Notes under the pieces: generated by a model | The model's database searches: none | What the model was told of the DNA's origin: nothing | Seen by the model: the letters and a program-made list of their open reading frames with translations, nothing else | Assembly: GCA_001642005.1 (NCBI GenBank) | Contig: LWCA01000170.1 | Coordinates: 1 to 44,598, forward strand | Source: Intoshia linei | Taxonomy: Eukaryota; Animalia; Orthonectida | Direction of reading: 5' to 3' | DNA length: 44,598 bases | Shown here: positions 23,701-35,693 of the stretch, one piece after another | Layout: the number at the start of each line of letters is the position of its first letter | Numbering within the stretch: position 1 is the stretch's first letter | Made by a program: the position numbers and the translations under genes

Positions 23701-26700
23701 TTTAACCAAACGACACCTGGAATTTCGACTATATACGTAATACCTGGGCTAAAAATTATATGAAGATAAATTTTTCAAATGTAATTTTTACCAATGAAAC
23801 CAGAATATCTTTAGATGGGCCAGATTCGTGGAGTAAAGGTTGGTTAATGAATAACAGATCACCACCAAACCGTTTAAGGAGGCATCAAGGGGTGGGAGTA
23901 TAATGATTTGGGCAAGCATTGTGAAAGACACTATTATTGGACCTTTTAAGTTAGATGATGGAGTCAAAATTAATTCTGAAACATACTGCGCGTTTATAAA
24001 TAATAACGTTTTTCATGAATAAAAAAAAAAGGTAAAAGCTTTCTTAAAAATTTCATTTTTATGCATGATAATGCCCAAGTCACGCATCCCGTAATACAAA
24101 AAAATATCTTTCATTAAATGGCTATGAATCAGAAAAAATAATGTGTTGGCCGCCAAATTCTCCCGATCTTAATTGTATTGAAAATCTATGGTCCATAATT
24201 AAATGAAAGATATACAGTGGGAATAAACAATATCAATCAAAGAACAATCTATGGCATACAATTGTGAAAGAAATCAAAACAATCGATGCAAAAACAATTG
24301 AAAACCTCATGAAATCCATAGATAAACGACTTTTTCTTGTAATATCCGGAAAGGGGTATATTAATATGTAAAGTTTAATTACATTTTTTTGCATGAATTT
24401 GGTTTAAAATACAATGGACTATATTATTTAAATATTTAAAAAAATTTATTTATTCGTATTAACAAGAAATTATTGTTTAATCTTAATTTGCATAATAATT
24501 TGGCACACCAAAAATCACAAAATTTTCTTAAATCTTCGTGTATTAACTTTTTCTCTTGAATACATTACATTTTTCTTGAAACGTTAAAGTATTATTAGTT
24601 GAATATATAAATATGATAAAAAAATTAATAGAATTAAGTGACTACATTTTAAATTATTAATATTTTTTATGTTTGCATAATAACGCATTGCATGCATTCT
24701 TGGAACGCAGTGTATAAGGATTTGTGTAAATAAAGATTTACGGTCCTCGGGAATATAGTTAAAGCCATGATATATCACTGAAAAATACATTTGAAATAAA
24801 CAGTTCCAAACAGGATTCAAATTTTGATCTTCAGATACCAAAGTAACAAATTCTCTGCCATCAATTTCAATAACAACATATGAACTCCTTTTGAAAAATC
24901 GGCGAGGTTTAAAAATATTGGCCTAAAATGTAAAATATATGCAAAGATATGTTTCTGCTTTTGCGGTTTCAGTCAGTCTAAATATAAATAAACCACTTTT
25001 ATTAATATTATAATAGAATGGGAACTAAATTTTAAAATTTTTTTAAATTCTAGGACTTTCACATCTTAAAAAAGTGTAATGTGAGGTTTTCAAAATGTAC
25101 TTTCTTGGGTTTGCAATTATGATAATGTTAATGATTTTAAACATTATCCTACAATTTATGTTGTATACAATTATAGGGCTTTTTTCATTTTTAAAAAAAG
25201 GTAATTTGTGTTTTTGCCGTAAATTATATAAGATTATTAAATTTATCACAATGTTGGTAATTTTAAAAAAAAAAATTGAGTTTAGATCTTGACGGATTCA
25301 ATTGCTGAAAATGACATTTGCAATAAAATCTAATCAATGAAAAATTAGCATTGGAAAGTGCTATTTTTAAAACTATACCGTTACTTTCTTATATAAACTG
25401 GAACAAACAGACATACAGTTTTAACTAAATTAATTTATAAGTAAGGATTGTTTTTAATGTGAGATTTGGCTATTTTCTTTGCGGTACACGTGAACACTAA
25501 TGATGGCGCACAAGTGAAAAAATTCCCCTTAAAAACCCTACCATAATTTGGTCAAAAAATCTATGATTATGTCGCTCTAACAAATTTTATATTTTTCTTT
25601 AGCATGAATAAAAGTGAATTACTCACACTATATTTGGCAACTAAAAAAGGACGGTAACACTCCCATTTTGACGAAAATACATAAAATGTATGCTGAAATT
25701 AGTATGAGAGAATATGCCTCAGAATTAAAAAACAATTATGTTTCTTGAAAAATTCGGTCTAGATGACTTTAAGAAGTAATTAGTACTAGCTTGGCTGTTT
25801 TGTACTACGTACAAACAGCACCTAGCTCTGCCGAGGGCACTCTTTTATTATACCAAAAAAATAAATTCACGTTGAAAATCTAACTTAAAAATCCACTACA
25901 CAGTGTGTCAATTTATTAGGCAGATCACTAAAATTGATCTAATAAACTTTAGGAATGATGAAAACTTAATTTTTTTTGTCATTAGGTGGCTTTTAATTGA
26001 TGTTAATATTATTGTTTATTTAGTTAAATTAGTGTGTCAATTTGTTAGGCGAATTTGAAATAGGACAAAAAAATGACTTAAATATTGACTAAAATAGTCA
26101 AATAACAGACTTATTGGCCAAAGGAAAGACAACTCTTCAAATATGCAAAGTTCTAAAACGCACCATCAAAAAATGGGCTCATTACGTATCAAAAAAAAAA
26201 AATGATAAGTCAAAATGTGGAAAAAAGGTAGTGACACCGCGAAAATTATTTTGATTAAGGCGGGGAATATCTACCACACCAGTTGCCACTAGTTACAAAT
26301 TATTTACAACTTGTAACATTACCAATGTTTAGAGAAATACTCGTTGTAGGGTATTAAAAACCATTGCTTCTGTCAAAAAATCTACGAAAAGGCCAATTTT
26401 AAAGCCAATTCATAAAGTAAAACGTATTAATTAGGCTAAATATAATTTAAAGACAAATTTCCAGATGGTTCTGTTCACTGATGAATGCTGTGCAACTTTA
26501 GATGGACCGGATGGGTGGTCAAGAGGCTGGGTACTTAATGATGCTAAAGTTCCGATTAGATTGCGTCGTCAATAAGGTGGAGGAGTGGTCATGTTTTGAG
26601 CTGGAATACTTGGTAGTCAAGTGTTAGGATCATTTCGAATTCCAAGTGGCGTAAAATTAAATTCAAAATTGTAATATTCACTATTTTGGCATGTTTAAAT

Positions 26701-28351
26701 TTTTATAGTTGGTTACACAGAATTTTTGGAGGAGAACTACTTTCCATGGTGCAATTCAAAGAGTGAAAAATTTAAAAACAATTTCAAATGCATGGACGAT
26801 AATGCACCTTCCCATGCATGATTATATAGTAGGACATTTTTATCAGAAAATGGACATTAATGGAGAAAAGTTAATAATTTGGGCTCTTAACAGTTCAGAT
26901 TTAAATCCAATAGAAAATTATTGGAGTATGATAAAGATGTAATATTTTTATAACCTATTAACTATACATATAACTCTACCATTTAAAAAGCTATATGCTG
27001 CTAGAACCCAATATAATTCCATTGAATCACTGTGGAATGCGATAAAACAGGTGTCTAGTACAATCTAATCAAAACGCGTCAAGAAGTTGGCAGATTCTGT
27101 TGATGGAAAATTGATTACATTGTTACAGGTTAATGGTAACTATATTAAACATTAGAAATAAATTTCGACTTTATATTCCTTGTCATTTATCAATATTTGT
27201 TAGATTTGACTAACAAATTAACACATTAATTTAAATAAATAAACAATAATATGTGAATAAAAAGTTTTTTTACAAAATAAATTTAGTTTTTTTAATGAAT
27301 AATATTAACATCAATTAAAAGCCACCTAATTACAAAAAAAAATTAAGTTTTCATCATTCCTAGAGTTTATTACATTAATTTTAGGGATCTGCCTAATAAA
27401 TTGACACATGGTGTATTAACTATTATCAATCTTTTAAAGGAGTGGTTCCCAAATTTGTTTTAGGTGGAACCGTCATATCACATTATTTTTTACTTTAAAG
27501 TGAATTATTCCATCTTATATTTTTTTGGAATTACTGGAAATGTGTAGACGTACAATCCACATTTTTTTTGAAATTGTAGGATCAATATTTACATTTTCAA
27601 TTTTTGATTTTAATCGAAATATTTGAAAAATATTGGTTGATAATATATTAAAAATTATTTTTCACCGGGAATGCGTAGATTTCTGGGGTTAAAATTTTGT
27701 ATTTATATCAACTGGAATAAGCTCTATCTAAATAATCATTTTTTTAAATTCTCCAACTCGTTTAATTTTCAAAAAGAGGAACAACAGGGGTTTTTGACCC
27801 TTAGGATGTGAAATTGGGAGGTTGTAATTTATCTTATTATACGTCCCGGAAAACACTGTAATTGAAATGTGGTCTTTAAAAAATTCTAAGAATGCTAGTT
27901 ATTTCAATAAAGTAGGGGACACACACAGACACACAAACAAAAATCGCGTCGCATTTTATATAAGTTAGGATTTCTAAGGTTTTATGTTTTAAAAACGACT
28001 TTATGTTACTCAAAATGTCTATAATATGTAATAAATGTATATAATTTTCATGGACCCCGTTGAGAATGGCTATATATTATATTATAAAATAAATATAAAT
28101 GTAAACCTTTACAACCTTAATGTTAATGTAACAATTATATTTTAAATCATCTGACACTACAACAGGTTCAACTGGCATTTCTGTGCGAGGCATATTTTGA
28201 TTTTGGTTTAATTGTATAGTTAAATGTTGTGGTAAAGATAAAAAGGTTTCTGGTAAATCTCCAGTATGAACCTAAATTTTAAATTTACATTTTAGGTTAT
28301 CTAAATATTTATAAATCGTACCTCGTCACCATACAATGTACACTTTTTCAT
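20765..28351 (-). CDS. TOLLIP: Toll-interacting protein (TBD + C2 + CUE). Exons 28351-28322, 28271-28107, 24922-24789, 21637-21589, 21551-~21417, ~21361-21337, ~20936-20875, ~20827-20765
   Basis: N-terminal VHTGDLPETFLSL resembles the Tollip Tom1-binding motif VYIGELPQDFLRI. C2 domain: INIKVVKA...SYVVIEI...NLNPVWNCLFQ...ISLFDQ...IGSNHVTILPSLFEG. C-terminal CUE: SVKILQGIFPNENKNVLFQTLKNKNDILELAIEHI. The junction between C2 and CUE is uncertain. Confidence 0.8.
21150..21290 (+). repeat. About 30-bp minisatellite (TTTTACCAACCCTTAAGGGAAAATCCA-like), dispersed family
   Basis: Four to five degenerate units. Related arrays lie near 3240-3560, 31810-31960, 32065-32200 (reverse) and 44300-44440 (reverse). 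Confidence 0.65.
21801..24720. mobile_element. Fold-back pair of Helitron-like 5' arms in Tollip intron; the right terminus is split by a Tc1 insertion
   Basis: Left arm begins A|TCCTTTCGTTACATAAAATTGAATGTCTGTGTG. With the Tc1 at 23108-24712 removed, the right arm reads A|TCCTTATACAATATATATAAAATTGAATGTTTGTCTGTG on the minus strand. Confidence 0.65.
23108..24712 (+). mobile_element. Tc1/mariner element, DD37E (TRT-type), transposase pseudogene about 23346-24371
   Basis: TA|CACTGAGTTCCAAG...CTTGGAACGCAGTG|TA, with TIRs of about 200 bp containing inner repeats (CCAA.TTATTAT). Motifs FTNETRISLDGPDSWSKGW, RRHQG...WASI...GPFKLDDGVKINSETYC, DNA(P)SHAS...WPPNSPDLNCIENLW. There are 37 residues between D and E after correcting one frameshift. 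Several stops and frameshifts. Confidence 0.9.
25786..27970 (-). mobile_element. Complete Helitron-like non-autonomous element (about 670 bp net) interrupted by a Tc1
   Basis: 5' A|TCCTAACTTATATAAAATGCGACGCG at 27970; 3' hairpin + CTAG|T at 25786. Confidence 0.75.
25899..27413 (+). mobile_element. Second, distinct DD37E (TRT-type) Tc1 element, transposase pseudogene about 26060-27155
   Basis: TA|CACAGTGTGTCAATTTATTAGGCAGATC...GATCTGCCTAATAAATTGACACATGGTG|TA, TIRs longer than 110 bp with an inner direct repeat. Motifs FTDECCATLDGPDGWSRGW, RLRRQ*GGGVVMF*AGI, DNAPSHA...SSDLNPIENYW, with 37-aa spacing after frameshift correction. Confidence 0.9.
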
Positions 28352-28478
28352 TTTATAATAAAATTTATTTCAAATTAATTGTACAATTTGTACAAGAATA
28401 AAAGTAAAAAATGTATTATAAAAACAAATGAAATTTATTTACTAATGTATTGGTAACAATGCATTACTCGTTATATTT
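28352..28478. promoter_or_regulatory. Putative bidirectional promoter between Tollip and TBCE
   Basis: Only 127 bp separate the divergent ATGs (28351 minus, 28479 plus). Confidence 0.55.
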
Positions 28479-31400
28479 ATGAATCACAAACTATTTTTGC
28501 AAGCTAAGGTGAAAGTATCAAAAAAAAATGAAGAAAAATACGTTACAGCCATTATACGTTACATTGGGCACGTTCATGACACACAAGGTATGTTTCATTC
28601 ATTTTTTCCATTCATTGAGCGCTTTGAAATTTAATTTAGTTTAAATTCTGATTGTAAAATGTACATTTTACATTGATTGTGTATTATGGAAAATTATGTT
28701 TATTTTTTAAAAGTCTTATTTTACTTGCAGGAATATGGTATGGAGTTGAATTTTTTGAACACTGTCGTGGTAAACATCATGAATATGTGTACTATGACCG
28801 TAACAGAAAGCTAGAAATACCAGAGTTGGTTTTTATAATTTTAAATAAAATGTTCAATCCTATGTAACTATTTAGAGGTCATTCCTTTTCTTTTGTCCGT
28901 GAAGGTAATGTTTATCCGGGTGAATGTATCATGATTGTAATTTTATCAAAATATGGTTACGATTGCACTGAATATGAAGAAATAAATATTTCAACCAATA
29001 AGGTCATTGAATGTATTGGTTTTGAAAAGACAAAATTAATTAGAAGGTTTTTAAAATAATAATAATGTCGAATTTGAAATTATTTTTAGCAATTTTTCCA
29101 AATTAAAATATGTGGATATTTCATATTCTAATGTTGCCTTTTTATCTCTGAAGAATTCTACTGATTTTATGATTACCTTTAAAAATCTTGAATCTATAGA
29201 TTTAATCGACACTCTTTTATTGGATTTCAATAAAGCAATAGAAATATTTCAACATTTACCTTCTCTTAAAACTGCAAATTTAAAGTAATTTTTTTAATTT
29301 TTGTGTCGTTTTATCATTCATTTAGCAAGAATCCTTTCAATTGGGATTTGGTTAATAGTATTGCCAAAATAAATGGAATTACCACTTTAAGCATTCAAAA
29401 TACTCAAATTAAAGATATTCATGTAATATAACACGGGTTTCTTGAGTATGAGTAGTTAACACTTTTAAACGTTTAACGTTTCTATTTAAAAAATACTCAA
29501 TGGTACCCAAATCAAAACTTCTGTGTCCATTAAATGGACTCCATTTCTATTATATATTTTGGGGAATTACAAAATTTTTTACTTGAATGTTTTTTTAAAC
29601 GTGTATATTTGAAGTATTTTATTAATGATCAAAAATTAAATTTATGGTGAATATTATTAAAATAAATGTAGTAGCCGTGAATTGTTAAATGTTTTAATTT
29701 TAATCCAAGTGTTTTTGAATAGGCTTGTGAAAAATATGTTGGACTAACGTTTGTTAGTACTCTTATGGCTAAAATTTTTCTTGAATTCCCCAAAATTTTA
29801 ACGTTTTGATTTTGAGATATTGTGTCTTTAGCTGTCTCTGGTAGCTACCACTTTTCCAAATGTGAAAATATTAAACCTTTCTTATAATAAAATTACGAAT
29901 ATTTACGATTTAACACTTTCCTGTGTATATTTGAAAGAATTATCTCTTGTTGCCAACAATATCGGAAATTGGTCCTTGCTGTTCTCCAATTTAGAGTCTT
30001 TTGAATTGTATATATTTTATATTTAATTGAATCAAATTTAATATAGTATTGACACTATAATCTTGGACGAAAATCCTATTTACCCTGTTAAATTGAATGA
30101 CGTGGTTATTGAAAGCATTACGACTCTTTCAATTAGAAGAACGAAAATAACTAGTGTATTTACTATACTACTAATTTGTATATAACTAAATTATATAATA
30201 TTAATTTTGTAACCCACGAGTGGTAAAATTTTTATAATTAAATTAATTAACTAACCGTGATTTTTAAATTTTTATGTATTTGTAAAGATTTTTATAATTT
30301 TAAAGTTATTTTTTAACTATGAAGTTTTTTAGTTGTGAAGTTTTATTTTTTCCGTGTATTCACAAAAAAAATTAATTTTGTATTATTTTTTAACTGTTTC
30401 ACACTTTCGTTTTATTTTGATTTTTTTAAAAAAAATTTTTGATTATTTTATTTCTTAATTTTACCTTGAAAGCGTTAATTCGGACAATGAAATATTTTTA
30501 TAATTTTGGAAACTGGATTTTTTTTTTAAAGTTGGTAAAACTGGAATAGTTGGATTTAAGTAGACGTCCTATATAAATCATGCCATTTTTTTGAAAATAT
30601 TAAATGATTTATATACATATGAATCATTGCATGTGAAACCACTATATAAATAAGGATTTTAGCAATTGTTAAGTAAAAACACCAAGAAATTTATGATACG
30701 AAACTCGAATTTTTTTATTTGAAATATCTAAGTTTAATCTTTCTCTTAAATAATTTTTTTTTGTATGTTTACTGAAAAAAGTTGTATTAGATTTATAATT
30801 ATAATTAGCTAATATCTGTTTTTTAAAATCTATCATTTAGTTTTTCTCATATTTAAAGTAATTTTAAATTTTGTAGTTAAGACCTGAAGGTGCAAATGTA
30901 AGATTATTAAATTTATAAGATTTTATTAGTCTTGACAAAGTAAAAGGAGTAATTTGGTTTTTGACCATGAAGTTGCAAATTTATGAGATTTAAATTTATC
31001 TTATATTCTGCAGAGAAAAAAATTACTTTTGAATTTGTGTTTCTTAAATTGAATTGAATTTTTAATTTACACGTTAAATAATATTTTCTTATTTAGTGGG
31101 ATGAAATTAGCTACATTACAAATATTATGCCTGGATTACAAAATTTTCGATTTTCACAAAATTTTTTAACTAAAAGAGATGAAAATTGGTGGGATATGTG
31201 CTTGGGTCGAATGCCAGATTTGTCTACATTGGATTTATCATTTGTAATAAATTGAAAGCAATTTTATCAATGAATTAAGATATCCGCCAAATCACTTAAA
31301 GATGCTGAAGTGTTTTATTGGAATGAAATGAAAAGTGTTTACCTGGAAGCCAAATCGAATGGTAAACTCAACGATTTTTTTGCGGTGAATCCAAACTATG

Positions 31401-33090
31401 TAAAGGTTATAGCTGGTTTAATTTTTTCTTATTGTCTTTATTATATTTAGTATACGGTGAACCAGTTTATCACTTTGTCAAACCAATTACCATCAATCAA
31501 AATTTGTTGAGTATGCAATATTTTATTTTAAAATGAAACTTTAATATACAGGATATTGAGATACTACTGTACTGAAAAAAATCTCTTTACATTCACGAGG
31601 AATATTTTATAAATAATGTTACATTAAAACAGTAGTTCCAGATTGTGGTTCAAAACTATATGCCTGGGGTTCGTGAGATTCAAATAAAATATAGAAAAAT
31701 TTCGATCAACTTTTGTTTAATTTTATAGAAGAATATTTAATATTTATTACAGTTTCTAGATGTTGGCAATTTATCCCAAACCCTACACGACCGCTACATT
31801 ATTATTTTAAAAATTCCAATTTTATCTCATCATTAATAAAATTTAATAATAAATCCGATTTCAAGCCCTCAGCGAAAAATCGGATTTTACCAAAACTTAT
31901 GAAAAGAATCTATTTAATCAAACCTCAAAATAAAAAATCCAAGTTCACCAACTCTTAACACGTAACTGCTCGCTCAAAAATTATTTTTGTAATGTAACTA
32001 CTCGCGTGGGGTATAAAAAGACTATTGAAAGATTCTATGAAATTTATACAGTCCGGAGGTTATAAAAGTGGGGTTTTCCCTTAAGGGTTGGTATAATTGG
32101 AATTTTCCCTAAACGGTAATTAAAACTGAATCTTTTCTTTAAGGGTTGGTAAAACTGGATTTTTTTCTTAAGGTTTGATAAATTTTGATTTTTAGTAAAA
32201 ATCGATAGATTTAATCCCCTTTTTTCAATATTTTTTTTAGTAACACGATTTTAGTAATCTTATGAGAAAAACCTCTTATTCCAACCACAAAATTAATAAC
32301 GTTTAAGGGAAATATCCTTTTTTTTTTAATATTATTTTAAAAAATACGATTTACTAAATCTTATGAGCAAACAACTGTTCCTAATCTAAAACTCAAAATA
32401 AAAAATGAAATTTTACCAACCTCAATAAAAAAATCAGATTCATATAATTCATAATCAACCATTATTATTATCATTAATCAAGAAGAAAATGAAATGTTTT
32501 ACGTATCTAAAGCTTTTAATTTGAACTGAAAAAGTTTAAGTATAATTATGATGCTAATCATTTTAAGTTATAATTTAACGGAATTTTTATACTTCAGAAA
32601 AATACAAACTCCGTTAATTAGGAATTTTTTCCATTAAATAAGAATTATCATGTATTTACATTATTATACATTAATAATTAACCACTTAATAAATGTAACC
32701 CTCGATTAATGTGGTTAATGAATCTTAAAAATAGTACTTGTTAAAGTTAATAATTTAATGTTTTTTATGCTTTTATTTTAGATTTGACAATTACATTTAA
32801 TGAACATACTATTGTGAAAGATCATATATCGGATAACATGATAATTAAAAGATTTAAAATTTTGTGTAAAAATATATTCAACATTGGTCGACATAAAAAA
32901 TTGCGCGTTTTCGTCGTTAAACCAGTAAATTTAATTTATAATGTACTTTTTTGAGCATGCCTGAAATTTTTTGATGTATTAAAATTAAATTTAGGAATTA
33001 AAAGAGTTGCATGAAATATTTGACGATTTGTATGAACTTTCTTATTATGGAATTTCAAGTGGAGATAAAATATACATAGAAGAGATGTAG
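28479..33090 (+). CDS. TBCE: Tubulin-specific chaperone E (CAP-Gly + LRR + ubiquitin-like), multi-exon
   Basis: CAP-Gly: TAIIRYIGHVHDTQ|GIWYGVEFFEHCRGKHHE...SFVR. Next GFEKTKL, then LRR exons (LKYVDISYSNV, LESIDLIDTLL, LKELSLVANNI, IDTIILDENPI). C-terminal Ubl end IFDDLYELSYYGISSGDKIYIEEM-stop at 33090. Confidence 0.88.
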
Positions 33091-33599
33091 CAAGCTAAAT
33101 TTTGTAAATTGTATTGTTTAATTTTTTATCAAGTTAAATTGAAATCTTTATTTATCAATTAAAAGTGTTTAAATTGTAAAAATTCATTTTCTACCAAATC
33201 GTTCTAAATGTATGTAATAAATGAGTAGTTTTTAAAGATTTAATACAAATCATTCTTATACCAGCGTTTCCCAGAGTGGACTTTTGAAAAATTTATTTTG
33301 AAAGTTATTAGTTTATCTGACCACTTAAAATACCATTTCAGAGCTAGAACTGTATTTTAAAAAAGACTTGGTATCTAAAGGAATTTTTGAAAAATAATCA
33401 CTAAATAATGTATGCTTATTAGACTTTATATCATAAACATACTTACATTATATTTAATTGAATAATTAATACAAAAATCACTTGAAAAAATTTATTTTGT
33501 AAGTTATAAGTGATTACCCAAAAAATGGGTAATTTTTTAGAGCGTCATCCACACTGGACTAATATAAATATAAAATATTTAATTCATTTTTAAAAGAAC

Positions 33600-35345
33600 A
33601 TGAGAACAGAATTCGCAATTTCTGCTACTCCATATTACTGTCAACTATGGAAAACGCCAGTTATCCAGAAATATAAATAAAATGTTACAGAATTCATTGA
33701 ATTGACAAAGTCTAAATAACTTATTTTCCCATCATGATCTAAATCCATTTTCTAGTTTTTTATATAATTGATATATTAAAAGCATTACAGAGAATGCATC
33801 TCTAACTATTGTATTTAATTTTCTCAATTCTGGAAACCCCATTGATTTATTTCCCACCATAGAGTACACTGCCTATTTAGTTGTAAATTTACATATATCA
33901 CGATTACTTTAGCAACATGACAAAATTCTCCATATGATATGAATCCATCATTATTTTGATCGTAAAGGCGAAAAATCCAATTAATTTTTTCTTGTTTAGA
34001 TCCTTTTACCATTTTAGATAAACCAATTACAAAACTCTATCAATATTTGTTATTTGAAAAAAGATTACCACCTCAAACGATATTCGATTATTAGAGTCTT
34101 TTTCAAATGTTTTAAACATAATTTTAGCATATCTTTGTGGTTCTAAAATGGTATTTTAAAAAACATGAAAAAACAAAAATTATTAGCTTTATTCCTAATT
34201 AATTTCAATTAAATGGCGAACCCATAAATTATATTTTATTTTTAACTAAATTCTTTAATCTGCAATCATATAGCAAACAAATCCTCTAAACAATATTTAA
34301 GCTGTACCCCATTTTAAAATATGTTATAATTTAAAATTTAACGGAAAAACGTAAAATCAGAAAAAGTTGACAAATTTTTCTTATTTTGTTGGTGTTTTTA
34401 TCATTTTCACTTTTACCTTTTAAAAAATACGGACTGTACTTGAATAATTTTCTGGAAATTGATCAAAATTAAAAATATTTCCTTTATACAGTAGCAACAC
34501 ATGAAGTGACCACTTTATTATATAAAAAGTGGACCATGTGCTCTAAAAAATCTGAATAAAATTTAAAACAAAAATTTGTTTTTAAAAATTTTCATTTAGG
34601 CTAAATTTTAGCTCATAATATTTGTCAGTTTAGAATGTTTATGCGTCGCTTCTGATTAGGGTGTAAATAAACATATTAAATTTAATTTAGGGTGTTATTA
34701 TCAAAATAAATTTTTAAGGATGAATTTTTTAGTATATGTACTGTAATATTTAGTATGCTTACATGTATAAAAAAGGTTAAAAGCAACAAGAACCAATTTC
34801 TAAAGGTGGTCCGCATAATCTGTCGCTATTGTATATATAAAAAATGACATTGAGTGACAAAATTAGTACATAATTTTTTTACCTCCAATAACAAAAAATT
34901 TGCAATAATTTTGAATAAATTGTTTTTCAGATACGACACCGCCCGTACATGTCTAAAATTTATTATTATCAATTATGGGTATGGTAAGTATTGACAAGTA
35001 AAGCCAAGTTTTATAAATTACATTTTTAAAGGATCTGTACATTGTTTTTAATTCTTCAACAGAAAATTTAGAAATTTTACTAAGTTCAAAAATATTCATT
35101 GGACAGTATTGATTGAGTTTTCCCTTGATAAGAGATAAATCATTATCTAAAGTGTAAGTGAGTAAGATACATTTTTTATATATACAATTTATTTCAATGT
35201 AATTATCAAATAATACAAATTTGCAAAAAATTATTATTTATAATTAATATCACCTTTAATTTATCACGTTTTACAATTAATTGAATTTTGTACTTATTGT
35301 GGATATGATGGTATTAAAGTCGTCAACATAAGGAAGTGTTTCCAT
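33600..35345 (-). CDS. Kv channel-interacting protein (KChIP)-like neuronal calcium sensor. Core exons 35146-35022, 34952-34883, 34142-34072, 34036-~33908, ~33872-33790, ~33750-33689; the last exon is uncertain
   Basis: SKFSVEELKTMYRSFKN|TCTGGVVSEKQFIQNYCKFFVIGEPQRYAKIMFKTFE...ISFESFVIGLSKMVKGSKQEKINWIFRLYDQNNDGFIS...AVYSMVG...MDLDHDGKISYLDF. YR.FKN.C..GVV.E and EK.NW.F.LYD.N.DG are KChIP-like within the NCS family. Confidence 0.8.
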
Positions 35346-35693
35346 AATATGTATCAGTAAGTAAGAAAATTGTAAAGATTATGATTATTCATAAATATGG
35401 ATTACGCTGATTTACGACAAGAACAGCTATGTTTGAAACAAGCTTTAGTGTTTTTATTAACAAATTTAGTACATAATAATAAAGAATTTACAAATCAGAT
35501 ATTTTTATTTATATTCTAGTATGACTGATATGTACTTTGTATAAACACCAGCCAGCTTTGCCGAAGGCCTGCCTTTTTTAATTTTAAGATTGATTTTTGG
35601 TATTGATTACAAACTATGGAAGTATAACCTTAAAAACAATTCATTATAGCTACAACCCTAAAAAATCTTCATAAATAACAAGAATTCCAGAAA

